A DNA stretch of 64,000 nt from Candidatus Omnitrophota bacterium (GTDB lineage Bacteria; Omnitrophota; Gorgyraeia; Duberdicusellales; 4484-171). The position numbers and the translations under genes were made by a program. The stretch lies in the NCBI GenBank assembly GCA_021735655.1, contig JAIPGM010000007.1, forward strand, positions 1-64,000, written 5' to 3'. The notes beneath the pieces are model-generated. The model had not been told where the DNA came from and ran no database searches. It was given only the letters and a program-made list of their open reading frames with translations. Positions 43,006 through 53,044 of the stretch are shown here, in pieces (position 1 is the first letter of the stretch; every line of letters begins with the position of its first letter).

Positions 43006-44010
43006 TTATTTTATCTCTACTTTCTTCAAATAACTACTGGCTACCTCTGGCGAGGTAGGATTTATATAGAAACCAGTTCCCCATTCAAAACCAGCAATCT
43101 TACTCAATTTAGGCATAACTTCAACATGCCAATGATACCATTCTTGACTTTCAGCTTTGTCAACGGGGTTGGTATGAATAATAAAGTTATAGGGTGGATT
43201 CCCTAAAACTAGTTTAATTCTAGTAAGCACCTCTTTCAAAATACGGGCAAAATTATCTATGGCTGCTTCGGAAATATCGGTAAAATCAGCCTGATGCTGT
43301 TTAGGCATAATAACTATCTCAAAAGGAGAACGCGAGGCAAAAGGACAAAAAGCAATAAAATCTTTGTTCTCACAAACCTCCCGATGTCGATGTTCAATTT
43401 CCTGTAAGATCATATCGCAGAATATACAGCGCTCCTTATAGTCAAAGTGACGATGAGAGCATTTAAGTTCTTCATCTACCCTCCGGGGAACAATTGGCAA
43501 TGAAATAAGCTGAGTGTGGCTATGCTCAAGTGATGCTCCGGCGACTAGACCGTAATTTTTAAAAATAAGAACATATTTAAATCGCTCATCTTTACTTAGA
43601 GCAATGCTTCGACGCTTATAAACTCCGATTACTTTTTTAATCTGCTCAATAGTTAGGTCAGCTAACTGCTTAGAGTGATCAGTTCCCTCAATAATAACTT
43701 CATGCTTTCCTACGCCGTTCATCATATCAAAAATGCCTACGCCAGTTTTACCTAGGTTGTCTTCATCAGCTAAGGCCGGATATTTATTAGGTACGGTGCG
43801 TGTCTGCCAACCAGTAGTGTCGGGCTTGCTACCTTTCGGACGATCAGCGTCAACCTCAGGCGGAGTCATTTTTTCCTTTCCTTCACAAAAAGGACACATC
43901 CCTTCTTTAATATCAAGCTTCTCTACCTCATAATTATCAGGGCCAAAGTTCTTTTCGGTGCTGATAATAACCCAACGAGCCGTAATCGGATCTAATCTTA
44001 ATTCACCCAT
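43006..44010 (-). CDS. GalT-like HIT-superfamily nucleotidyltransferase/phosphorylase, catalytically intact paralog
   Basis: The probable start is MGELRLDPITARWVII at about 44010. Zn ligands are CPFCEG and HEVIIE. The active-site motif HSHTQ aligns with E. coli GalT HPHGQ. Confidence 0.6.
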   Translation of the reverse strand: MGELRLDPITARWVIISTEKNFGPDNYEVEKLDIKEGMCPFCEGKEKMTPPEVDADRPKGSKPDTTGWQTRTVPNKYPALADEDNLGKTGVGIFDMMNGVGKHEVIIEGTDHSKQLADLTIEQIKKVIGVYKRRSIALSKDERFKYVLIFKNYGLVAGASLEHSHTQLISLPIVPRRVDEELKCSHRHFDYKERCIFCDMILQEIEHRHREVCENKDFIAFCPFASRSPFEIVIMPKQHQADFTDISEAAIDNFARILKEVLTRIKLVLGNPPYNFIIHTNPVDKAESQEWYHWHVEVMPKLSKIAGFEWGTGFYINPTSPEVASSYLKKVEIK

Positions 44011-44011
44011 T

Positions 44012-45037
44012 TTAGAGTTTAACCTCGCGTAAAAATTTAGCAGCCTCCTCCGGAGAGGTAGGATTAATATAAAAACCGGTTCCCCATTCAAAGCCAGCGA
44101 CTTGAGTCAAACGAGGAATAATTTCAATGTGCCAATGGTAATCTTGTTCTATTGTACCCCAATAACCTACCTTAGCCCGTCGATAGGGTGCTATATGCAA
44201 CATATAGTTATAGGGCGGATCTGAAAGGGCAACCTTAATTCTATGTAAAACTTCCTTAAGTGTTTTCGCTAGGCTAGAAATATCTTTATCGCTTATTTTG
44301 CTAAAATCAGCACAATGCTCTTTAGGTAAAACCCAAGTCTCAAAAGGAAACCGTGAAGCATAGGGAGCAATTGCTACAAATCCGTCTTTATCTAAAATTA
44401 ACCTTTGTTTATCGTTAACTTCCTGAGCAATAATGTCACAATAAACGCACCGATCTTTGTAGTCAAAATAACGTTTAGCTCCTTCTAGCTCCCCCTTTAC
44501 GCTCTTGGGACAAGCCGGAAGAGCAATCAACTGACTGCGAGAATGTCCCGAGCCAATAGCACCAGCAGCAAGTTTATGATTTTTGAATATTAATACATAT
44601 TTAAAACGAGGATCTTTTTCAAGATCTAAAATCCTGGCCCGGTACATCTGTAAACTCTCAGCGATTTCATCCGGACTTAATTCATCTAAAGAACTTACAT
44701 GTCTTGGGCTCTCGACAATAACCTCATGAGCCCCAACTCCATTCATCATATCGTAAATGCCGTGTGGCCGCTTGTCTAGCTCTTCGGCACTGTGCAAAAG
44801 CGGTACAATACTTGGGATAACTCTTGACTGCCAACCAGGTTTATTTGGTTTACTATTTTTTTCTCTGCTAGCAGCTACTTCTTCAGGAGTATATTCTTCA
44901 TGGCCTTCACAAAAAGGACAACTCTCAGAAAAAGCATCAACTTGATCGTTAACCTTAAACTCTTTGGGACGTTTGGCTCGCTCGGTAGCAATAATAACCC
45001 AACGGCCGATGATCGGATCTTTTCTTAATTGAGGCAT
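44012..45037 (-). CDS. GalT-like HIT-superfamily paralog with the nucleophilic His replaced by Arg (HSRSQ)
   Basis: 341 aa and collinear with the downstream paralog. Blocks CPFCEG, HEVIVE, RFKYVLIFKN and GFEWGTGFYINPTSPE are conserved. The HxHxQ motif reads GHSRSQ. Confidence 0.6.
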   Translation of the reverse strand: MPQLRKDPIIGRWVIIATERAKRPKEFKVNDQVDAFSESCPFCEGHEEYTPEEVAASREKNSKPNKPGWQSRVIPSIVPLLHSAEELDKRPHGIYDMMNGVGAHEVIVESPRHVSSLDELSPDEIAESLQMYRARILDLEKDPRFKYVLIFKNHKLAAGAIGSGHSRSQLIALPACPKSVKGELEGAKRYFDYKDRCVYCDIIAQEVNDKQRLILDKDGFVAIAPYASRFPFETWVLPKEHCADFSKISDKDISSLAKTLKEVLHRIKVALSDPPYNYMLHIAPYRRAKVGYWGTIEQDYHWHIEIIPRLTQVAGFEWGTGFYINPTSPEEAAKFLREVKL

Positions 45038-45062
45038 AATTTTTAAACTTTACTTAATCTAA

Positions 45063-46262
45063 TTATAAAACAACCTTAAGAAACTTTTTCTTACCAACTT
45101 TTAAAATAAGCTCTGGAGAAGACATCTCTAAAATTTGCTCACTCAAAACATGGTGTTTTTTAGAATCAGCGCCATCAACAACAGAGATAGCTCCTTGCTG
45201 CAATAGACGACGAACTTCATTCTTAGAAACAATCAACCCACTTTTCTGTAAAACTTCGGCAATATCAATCTTTGAATCTTTAACTCTGTAGGTCGGTATC
45301 TCCTCCGGTAAGCCGCCTTTTGAAAAAACTTTTTCAAACCCTAAGCGGGCCTTCTTAGCCAAAGACTCTGAATGATAAAACGAAACAATCGACTCAGCCA
45401 GAGTTAACTTTGCTTCCTTGGGATGCATTACTTTTAAAGCCTCCCGATCACCATCATAAAGTAACTTTACATATTCAGCCATCAGCTCATCAGAGATGCT
45501 CATTACTTTTCCGAATATTGAATCAGGACTCTCGGTTATACCTATATAGTTACCTAAAGACTTAGACATCTTATTCTTACCGTCAGTACCAACTAAAAGC
45601 GGCATAGTTACTAAGCATTGAGGCGCCTGATTAAAATTTTCCTGAAGGTGCCGTCCAACGATTAAATTAAACTTCTGGTCAGTACCGCCAAATTCAATAT
45701 CAGCCTCTAGTTTATAAGAATCATAGCCTTGAATCAAGGGGTAGATTATCTCTAAAAGAGTTAGTGGCTTTCCTTGGCTCATTCTTTTTGAAAAATCATC
45801 CCGCTCAAGGACTCTAGCAATCGTATAGGACCCCAACAGTTCTAGAAACTTCGAAAGATCCATCTTCTTGTACCAAATACTATTATAAATTATAGTAGTT
45901 TTCTTCTTATCAAGAATCTTGAAAGCTTGCTTAGTATAAGTTAAAGCATTAATCTTAATCTGTTTATCAGTTAAAACTGGACGAGTGGTTGTTTTTCCAG
46001 AAGGATCGCCGATTTTTGCCGTAAAATCACCGATAATAAAATAAACCTGATGTCCTAAATCTTGTAATTTGCGAAGTTTTTTAAGTAAAACTGTGTGTCC
46101 TAGATGAATATCGCAAGCCGTAGGATCGAAACCAATTTTTAGTTTAAGCGGTTTATTTTCTTTGAGCGAATTTTTCAGCTTAGTAATCAGTTCACTTTCA
46201 GCAATTAGTTCAGCTGCGTTTTCCTTAATAATCTTGAGATGGTCTGATATGGTAGGATCCAC
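45063..46262 (-). CDS. tyrS: tyrosyl-tRNA synthetase
   Basis: 399 aa with HLGH (DIHLGH), KMSKS and a C-terminal S4 domain. Confidence 0.9.
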   Translation of the reverse strand: MDPTISDHLKIIKENAAELIAESELITKLKNSLKENKPLKLKIGFDPTACDIHLGHTVLLKKLRKLQDLGHQVYFIIGDFTAKIGDPSGKTTTRPVLTDKQIKINALTYTKQAFKILDKKKTTIIYNSIWYKKMDLSKFLELLGSYTIARVLERDDFSKRMSQGKPLTLLEIIYPLIQGYDSYKLEADIEFGGTDQKFNLIVGRHLQENFNQAPQCLVTMPLLVGTDGKNKMSKSLGNYIGITESPDSIFGKVMSISDELMAEYVKLLYDGDREALKVMHPKEAKLTLAESIVSFYHSESLAKKARLGFEKVFSKGGLPEEIPTYRVKDSKIDIAEVLQKSGLIVSKNEVRRLLQQGAISVVDGADSKKHHVLSEQILEMSSPELILKVGKKKFLKVVL

Positions 46263-46350
46263 TTAATTTATCCTCACTAATTAAACCTTCTGCTGCGCTC
46301 TCTGAGTTATCCACAAAGACAATCCTCCTGATACCCTTAAAGGAGGGGTC

Positions 46351-47910
46351 TTATTCCGCGGAGGGTTCTTCGGTATTAGCTGACAAACCAATCTTAGCTG
46401 CCCCGGGGTCAATCTTTATTATTTTAACTTTAAGCTTATCCCCAGCCTTTAGATTCGTCATCAAATCCTTGTCTACTTCGCCTGAAAAAACCAAACCTTC
46501 TAACTCTTCGTCTATCTTGACGAATACGCCAAAATTGGTCACTTTGACAACTTGGCCTTCAACTACCGTATCTACTGGAAACTTCTCAAGAATCTGAGGC
46601 CAAGGATCTTGCTCTAACTGCTTTAGACCCAAAATAACCTTTTTATTGCCGCGATCAATTCCTAAAATTTTCCACTCATAACCGTGTGAACGTTTTAGTA
46701 TTTCTTGAGCTCGAGATATCCTCTTAGTCCAAGAGATATCTTCGTTGTAAATCACCCCTTCTAGACCGTTCTCAAGCTCAACAAAGGCACAACCTTCGCC
46801 AAACCCGGAAACCTTACCTTTAATTGTATTATCAATTGTAATTAAGGTCTCAATATCTTCCCAAGGATCTTTCTCTAGCTGTTTAATACTCAAAGATATC
46901 TTTCTTTCGGCAGGATCAACACTTATTACCTTTATTTCTATTGCATCGCCATGAGCAAAAGTATCCTGTAGGTTAATGAAACGTCTAGTCCAAGAAACCT
47001 CACTTATGTGCACTAACCCCTCAATACCTTTCTCCAACTCAACAAATATTCCGTAGTTCTGGATATTGGTAATTCTTCCCTTAATTACCGAACCAGGAGG
47101 AAATTTTTTACCAATTTCCATCCAAGGGTCAGGTGTAGTCTGCTTTAACCCTAGAGAAATCTTACCTTTTTCTTTATCAAAACCGACAACCATAACTTGG
47201 ATATCGTCACCAACCGCCACAATCTCCGAAGGATGAGTAATCTTTTTCCAGCTCATATCAGCGATATGCAGCAATCCGTCAACTCCGCCAAGATCAATAA
47301 AAGCTCCGAAGTTAGTTATACTCTTAACTCTCCCCTTCATCATCGTGTTCTTTTTTATTGTTTCCCAAACTTTCTTTCGAGAAACTTCTCTCTCAGCTCT
47401 AAGTGCATCCCGACGCGAGATGATAAAGCTACTTTTAATCTTGTTCATCTTAACTATCTGGAATTTAAAAGTACCAGACATAACCTCATCTTCACTCGAA
47501 TTCCTAAAAGAAGATAAACTTTGAGGTAAAAATCCTTCGACGCCAAAAACATTCACTATGTAACCACCCTTTACCTTACGGATAACTCTACCTTCGACTA
47601 AATCGCCCTCTTTGTAACTATTAGCTAAGGTTAGCCAACCTCTGGCTTCACGAGCCCGCCGGTAAGAAAGTACAATCTTTCCATCTTCATCTTCTACGGT
47701 CTCAACATAGACATCAATCTCATCCTGTTCTTTGACATCCGAACCCTTAAACTCATCACTCAAAATTATCCCTTCAGACTTATAGCCAACATCAATGATT
47801 ACCTCACTAGGATTGATGCTGATAATCTTACCCTTGATAATCTCGCCTTCGGCTATCTCCTTAATAGAAGCATAATAGGCATTCGCCAATTCTGTTGTAT
47901 CAATAGTCAT
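46351..47910 (-). CDS. rpsA: 30S ribosomal protein S1
   Basis: It contains multiple S1 domains. The probable start is MTIDTTELANAYY at 47910, with RBS GGAGGA. The track ORF extends upstream to 48075, probably via a non-ATG start. Confidence 0.85.
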   Translation of the reverse strand: MTIDTTELANAYYASIKEIAEGEIIKGKIISINPSEVIIDVGYKSEGIILSDEFKGSDVKEQDEIDVYVETVEDEDGKIVLSYRRAREARGWLTLANSYKEGDLVEGRVIRKVKGGYIVNVFGVEGFLPQSLSSFRNSSEDEVMSGTFKFQIVKMNKIKSSFIISRRDALRAEREVSRKKVWETIKKNTMMKGRVKSITNFGAFIDLGGVDGLLHIADMSWKKITHPSEIVAVGDDIQVMVVGFDKEKGKISLGLKQTTPDPWMEIGKKFPPGSVIKGRITNIQNYGIFVELEKGIEGLVHISEVSWTRRFINLQDTFAHGDAIEIKVISVDPAERKISLSIKQLEKDPWEDIETLITIDNTIKGKVSGFGEGCAFVELENGLEGVIYNEDISWTKRISRAQEILKRSHGYEWKILGIDRGNKKVILGLKQLEQDPWPQILEKFPVDTVVEGQVVKVTNFGVFVKIDEELEGLVFSGEVDKDLMTNLKAGDKLKVKIIKIDPGAAKIGLSANTEEPSAE

Positions 47911-48101
47911 TTTTCTGGATCCTCCTTGAAAAAGCAGGCAATTTACGGCCTCCAAAAAGGCTATAAACTGTGTTCTGATATTCAGAACGTCTACAAATTT
48001 CTCGCAATTATCTCCTAAATCCCTATTTTTGTCAACAAAAAACAGACTAATTATCGAACGATAATAAACCGTCAATTAGCCCTAATCTCGACTATCTCAA
48101 T

Positions 48102-48671
48102 CTATAAACTTTCTATCGTAGCCATAACTTTTTGAGTAATGGCCTGATAGTCATCGCCTTCTTTTACGGTATTGACCTTTGCAAAAATAACCTTTATTTT
48201 GCCCCGACGAAAAAACTTTGCCCGCTTAGGAAGGACTTTGTCAGTTCCATAAATTCTTGCCGCAATTACCGGAACCTTTGCTTTTCTAGAAAGAAAACCA
48301 ACCCCTGAATTAGCTTCATTAAAACTGCGCCCTCGAGTTCCTTGAGGAAAAATAAGTAAGGCCTTAGTTTTAAGCGTCTTTAAGGCCAACCGCATAATCC
48401 TTATATCAGATTTTCCCCGTTTTATTGGAATTGCCCCTACGTCTTTTAAATACAAAGAAAGCAATTTATTAGTAAACAACTCCTCTTTAGCCATAAAAGC
48501 TATTCGCTTAGGACAAGAAACAGCCAAAACCGGCGGGTCTAAATTACTTAAATGGTTAGCAGCTAGAATGAAAGGTTGAGCGGCCGGGAAAACATCTTTT
48601 CCTTTTATCTCTAAAGCAAAAAATGTTTTAAAAAAACAACCAGCTAAAATAACTGAAACTCTATAGAGCAT
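48102..48671 (-). CDS. plsC: 1-acyl-sn-glycerol-3-phosphate acyltransferase
   Basis: 189 aa with the acyltransferase motif NHLSNLDPP (HxxxxD) and FPQGTR. Confidence 0.75.
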   Translation of the reverse strand: MLYRVSVILAGCFFKTFFALEIKGKDVFPAAQPFILAANHLSNLDPPVLAVSCPKRIAFMAKEELFTNKLLSLYLKDVGAIPIKRGKSDIRIMRLALKTLKTKALLIFPQGTRGRSFNEANSGVGFLSRKAKVPVIAARIYGTDKVLPKRAKFFRRGKIKVIFAKVNTVKEGDDYQAITQKVMATIESL

Positions 48672-50052
48672 AGATCATTTTTGTACCAAAACTCATCAGC
48701 TTGTCAGATTGTTTTTTACTTTTACTTTCAGCGTAAACTCTCACAATTGGTTCAGTACCTGACTTCCTGAACATAAGCCAACAGTCGCCGGCGATAAGTT
48801 TTATACCATCAAGAGTATTTACCCGTTCCACCTTCTTACCACAAATAGCCGTTGGCAACTTCATGTCGCTTAAACTTTTTTTAACGCTCTTTAAAGGAAT
48901 TGATGCTCGACTATAGTAATAATGTCCGTATTGAGCGTAGAACTTAGACAGAAGCGTGTTAAATTTTTTCTTTTCAACAGCGAGCATCTCTAAAAGTAAT
49001 AAAAAAGCTGCGGAGCCATCTCGCTCCGGGACGTATCCCTTGACGCCGATTCCACCGGCTTCCTCTCCGCCAATAGCAATAAGGTTCTGCTCGAATAAAC
49101 TAGATATATATTTAAATCCAACTGGAGTCTCATAGCAAGCTACCCCTAAAGAAACAGCTACTTTATCGATGACATTACTGCCAACAACAGTTTTCCCAAT
49201 TGCCCCTTGAGCTTTTCGGTTCTTGACCATATGTATCGCCAAAAGCGGTAAGATAACTTGAGCATTAATGTAATTACCGTGGCCGTCAAACATGGCAATT
49301 CTGTCAGCATCACCGTCAAGGACTAAACCCAAATCATACTTCCCTTTTTTCATTATCTTAGTCATTTCAACCAAATTACTCTCAATCGGCTCAGGGTTAA
49401 TTACGCCGAAAGAAGGATTATATTCATTATGTAAATAGTCTATCTTTATTTTACTCGGATCTAACACTTGTTCAGCGAAGGTACCGGCGGAACCATACAT
49501 ATTGTCGACTAAAACTTTTAGTTTGAGATTCCTGATCTTATTTAAACCTACAAATTTTTTCAAAAAAGCTATGCAGTCTTTAGTTAAGTCTTTTATCTCT
49601 AACAACTTATTTTTTCTAGCTATCGCTTCATCAAGAAAGCGTACCTTTTTCTTAAACATCAATCGCTCAACGCTATCGGTTAAAGACTTATCGGCTGAAC
49701 CGCCACGAGGTGTCTTTATTTTTAAACCATTAAACTTAGCCGGATTATGAGATGCCGTAATCATTATTCCTAAATCATATTTCTTATGTAGACAATGAAA
49801 ACTTACTACTGGAGTGGGCACATCTTTATCGGAAAGTACAACTTTTATCTTATTTGCCCCTAAAACTAAACCTACTGTTTTGGCAAATTCGGCTGAAAGA
49901 AATCTACGATCATAACCGATTACAACCTTTTTCTTGCCTTTTTTAGTTTTATTTAAATAGTCAGCTATTGCCTGTGAGACAACTTTTAGATTTTCAAAAG
50001 TAAAATCTTGGGCAATAACTGCTCTCCATCCATCGGTACCGAATTTAATCAT
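48661..50052 (-). CDS. phosphoglucomutase/phosphomannomutase family protein
   Basis: 463 aa. It shows the active-site Ser loop TASHNPAKFNG, the Mg loop DGDADR and the sugar-binding GGEEAGG. Confidence 0.85.
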   Translation of the reverse strand: MIKFGTDGWRAVIAQDFTFENLKVVSQAIADYLNKTKKGKKKVVIGYDRRFLSAEFAKTVGLVLGANKIKVVLSDKDVPTPVVSFHCLHKKYDLGIMITASHNPAKFNGLKIKTPRGGSADKSLTDSVERLMFKKKVRFLDEAIARKNKLLEIKDLTKDCIAFLKKFVGLNKIRNLKLKVLVDNMYGSAGTFAEQVLDPSKIKIDYLHNEYNPSFGVINPEPIESNLVEMTKIMKKGKYDLGLVLDGDADRIAMFDGHGNYINAQVILPLLAIHMVKNRKAQGAIGKTVVGSNVIDKVAVSLGVACYETPVGFKYISSLFEQNLIAIGGEEAGGIGVKGYVPERDGSAAFLLLLEMLAVEKKKFNTLLSKFYAQYGHYYYSRASIPLKSVKKSLSDMKLPTAICGKKVERVNTLDGIKLIAGDCWLMFRKSGTEPIVRVYAESKSKKQSDKLMSFGTKMIYAL

Positions 50053-50102
50053 TAGTTACTCCTTTTTCCTGAGACTTCCTCTAACATCTAAGATGTCTTA
50101 GG

Positions 50103-50669
50103 TCAGTCAAGTTGATATAAATTATGTTTTTTTATGTACTCAAACACTCTGTCTTTGACTAAATGCTCTATGCAGTGCCCCTCTTTAAATAGCTGTCTTA
50201 TCTGTGAAGAAGATATGTACAATTGAGCAATATCTAAAAGAATAAAATCGTCTTTTTCCTTTAAAGGATAGTTATTACGACAAGCAACCGCTATCTTTAT
50301 CAACTTTTTAACTTCTTGATAATCCTTCCAGCTGGAAAAATCATTAGCCAGGTCTGAGCCAATAATAAGATAAAACTGATCATCAGGATATTTATCTTTC
50401 AACTCTTTAATCGTATCTATGGTGTAGGAAGTGCCACCTCTTTTGATTTCACAATCTTCGATTTTAAAACGCTTATCTTGTGAGAAGGCTAAGCTTATCA
50501 TATCCAGACGCCTTGCAACTTCAACCTTATCGTTTTGTTTATGAGGAGCTATATTAGTTGGAACCAAAAGAACCTTGTCGAGCTTAAGCTGTTCCATAGC
50601 TTCGATAGCTAAAACACTATGCCCTAGATGCGGAGGATTAAATGTACCGCCAAGAATTCCTATTTTCAT
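50103..50669 (-). CDS. nadD: nicotinate-nucleotide adenylyltransferase
   Basis: 188 aa with GGTFNPPHLGH. Confidence 0.85.
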   Translation of the reverse strand: MKIGILGGTFNPPHLGHSVLAIEAMEQLKLDKVLLVPTNIAPHKQNDKVEVARRLDMISLAFSQDKRFKIEDCEIKRGGTSYTIDTIKELKDKYPDDQFYLIIGSDLANDFSSWKDYQEVKKLIKIAVACRNNYPLKEKDDFILLDIAQLYISSSQIRQLFKEGHCIEHLVKDRVFEYIKKHNLYQLD

Positions 50670-51916
50670 GTACGTATTTGCCCTGTACCTTTAACTATCC
50701 ATTTGTAGGTCGTTAGTTCCTCTAACCCCATTGGTCCGCGAGCATGTAACTTATCAGTCGAAATACCGATCTCAGCACCAAGACCAAACTGATAGCCATC
50801 GCTGAAACGGGTTGAGATATTTAAAAAACAACAAGCAGAATCAACTTCTTTCAGAAACTTATTAGCATTTACCTTATTTCTAGTAAGAATACTCTCAGTA
50901 TGTCGAGAACCATAGGTATTTATATGCTCAATCGCCTGGTCAACGCTCTTAACAACTTTTATTGCTACGATTAAATCTAGGTATTCAGCACTCCAGTCAC
51001 TCTTATTGGCCAGTTTTGAATTCTTAAGTAACTTATGCGTTTTATTATCTCCCCGAATCTGAACACCGTAGATATCGAATACTTTTTCAAGCAAAGGTAA
51101 GAATTTTGAAGCAACCTCTTCATGAACCAGAATAGTCTCAACAGCATTGCAAACTGAAGGCCGCTGGACTTTAGCATTAATACATATCTTTAATGCTTTT
51201 TTTAAATCTGCCGTGCTATCAACAAAAATATGGCATACCCCTTTATAATGTTTTATTACCGGAATAGTTGAGCTTTTTACTACCTTTCTGATTAAGGATT
51301 CTCCGCCACGCGGAATTACAATATCAATATAGGCATCTTGCTTTAGAAGTTCAGCTACTGTACGGTGGTCTAACTTGTCAACTAGAAAGAAAGGCTTAAA
51401 ATCAATACCACTGTCTCTTAAGGCCCGATAAAGAACAGTAGTAATTGCGCTATTTGAATTATAGGCGTCTCTGCCGCCACGTAAAATACCCAAGTTAGAA
51501 GTTTTAAACAGTAGGGCAATGCAATCACTGGTAACATTCGGCCGAGCCTCATAAACTATTAAAACAACCCCCAAAGGAACCCTTACCTTCTGGACCTTAG
51601 CTCCATTGGCCATAGTATTCTCATAAAAAACTCCACCAACTGGGTCAACTAATTGGGCTACCTGTTTTAAAGAGACACTCATTTCTTTAATCCGGGCGTC
51701 ATTAAGAGTAAGTCGATCAATAAAACTTTGCTTTTTGTTATTCTTTCTAGCTAAAAGAATATCTTTCTGATTCTCTTTCAAGATAAACTCACGTCCATCT
51801 AATAAAGCTTTGGCCATGGCTTTAAGTACCTTATTCTTTTGAACCGTGCTCAAATTAGCCAGCTTAAAACTGTTCTCTTTTGCCTGGGCTACTAGCTTTT
51901 TTACATAAACACTCAT
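50666..51916 (-). CDS. proA: gamma-glutamyl phosphate reductase
   Basis: 416 aa aldehyde dehydrogenase-like with catalytic Cys; it is paired with proB. Confidence 0.85.
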   Translation of the reverse strand: MSVYVKKLVAQAKENSFKLANLSTVQKNKVLKAMAKALLDGREFILKENQKDILLARKNNKKQSFIDRLTLNDARIKEMSVSLKQVAQLVDPVGGVFYENTMANGAKVQKVRVPLGVVLIVYEARPNVTSDCIALLFKTSNLGILRGGRDAYNSNSAITTVLYRALRDSGIDFKPFFLVDKLDHRTVAELLKQDAYIDIVIPRGGESLIRKVVKSSTIPVIKHYKGVCHIFVDSTADLKKALKICINAKVQRPSVCNAVETILVHEEVASKFLPLLEKVFDIYGVQIRGDNKTHKLLKNSKLANKSDWSAEYLDLIVAIKVVKSVDQAIEHINTYGSRHTESILTRNKVNANKFLKEVDSACCFLNISTRFSDGYQFGLGAEIGISTDKLHARGPMGLEELTTYKWIVKGTGQIRT

Positions 51917-51926
51917 AATTTATACT

Positions 51927-53015
51927 TTATTTATTAGGCTCAGAAGATATCGTACAGGAATGATAAGAAAAACCCTTAAGACTTTTAGTAAAATTGTCCC
52001 GATGAATTACTGCTTTGGCTAATTTCTTTTTTGTTTTATTCTTTAACTCCTCAATAGGATAATGAGTTAAACCGAAACCCAAAAGTTTGCCTTGTTCATC
52101 AACCACAGCTACCGCATCGTCCTTTTTAAAGCAACCCTCAACAGAAGCTATCCCTACATTTAAAAGACTCTTTCCTTTATTAAGCAAAGCATCTTTTGCT
52201 CCCTGATCAATAAAAATCTTGCCCCTTATTTTCTTGCTCACAATCCATTTCTTGCGTTCTCGCTCTGTGCTTTGAGAAGGACAAAATAGAGTGCCCAGAG
52301 TTTCACCGTTAATAATCTTTGAAATAACACTTTTAATCGAACCTTTAGCAATAATTGTCCTGATCCCCGAAGATGTTGCCATTTCGGCTGCCTGAAGCTT
52401 AGTAATCATTCCGCCGGAAGTATGAGTTTTATCCTCTTTCTTAGCCAAAGATGTAATATCAGAAGTAACCTGAGAAACTTCTTTTATAAGTTTAGTTTTA
52501 TCAAACAAGCCTTCGACATCTGAAAGCATAATTAACTTTTGAGCCCCAACCAATACTGCTACCCGAGCCGAAAGACTATCATTATCGCCAAACCTAATCT
52601 CCTCACAGGAAACTGCATCATTTTCATTAATTATCGGAACTATATCCATGGCTAGTAACTTATCAATAGTAGTTCGGATATTTACAAAGCGGGAACGTAT
52701 ATCAAAATCATCCCAACTAAGAAGAATCTGAGCACAACGTCGCTTATATTTTTTAAACTTACTGTTGAAAGTATCCATCAACACAATCTGGCCATATGAA
52801 GCTATGGCCATAAGCGAATGGATATCGGCAGGCTTGCGCTTCAAACCCAAAGCATTCACCCCAGAGGCAATTGCCCCTGAACTAACTAAGACAACCTTAT
52901 AGCCTAAACTTTCAGACTCAAGGATATCTCTAACAATTTGGTTGACTAAAGCTGGGTTCAACTTACCCTTGGGAGCTATGACGCTGCTTCCTATTTTTAC
53001 AACTATCTTTTTCAT
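51927..53015 (-). CDS. proB: glutamate 5-kinase with C-terminal PUA domain
   Basis: 362 aa with VVKIGSS, VLVSSGAIA and a PUA domain. Confidence 0.85.
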   Translation of the reverse strand: MKKIVVKIGSSVIAPKGKLNPALVNQIVRDILESESLGYKVVLVSSGAIASGVNALGLKRKPADIHSLMAIASYGQIVLMDTFNSKFKKYKRRCAQILLSWDDFDIRSRFVNIRTTIDKLLAMDIVPIINENDAVSCEEIRFGDNDSLSARVAVLVGAQKLIMLSDVEGLFDKTKLIKEVSQVTSDITSLAKKEDKTHTSGGMITKLQAAEMATSSGIRTIIAKGSIKSVISKIINGETLGTLFCPSQSTERERKKWIVSKKIRGKIFIDQGAKDALLNKGKSLLNVGIASVEGCFKKDDAVAVVDEQGKLLGFGLTHYPIEELKNKTKKKLAKAVIHRDNFTKSLKGFSYHSCTISSEPNK

Positions 53016-53044
53016 GATCGTTAAATTACTCTAATCTGTCTCAC

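Noticed and set aside
46263-46350. Possible hairpin CCTCCT-N12-AGGAGG downstream of rpsA
   Set aside because: It has only a 6-bp stem with a long loop and no clear T-run. It could be a weak terminator, but the evidence is insufficient.
50053-50102. Palindrome ACATCT-a-AGATGT between nadD and pgm
   Set aside because: It is a short 6-bp arm palindrome in a 50-nt gap. It could occur by chance and has no second copy.
50977-51177. Minus-strand 66-aa ORF inside proA (alternate frame)
   Set aside because: It is out of frame inside a confident ProA CDS.
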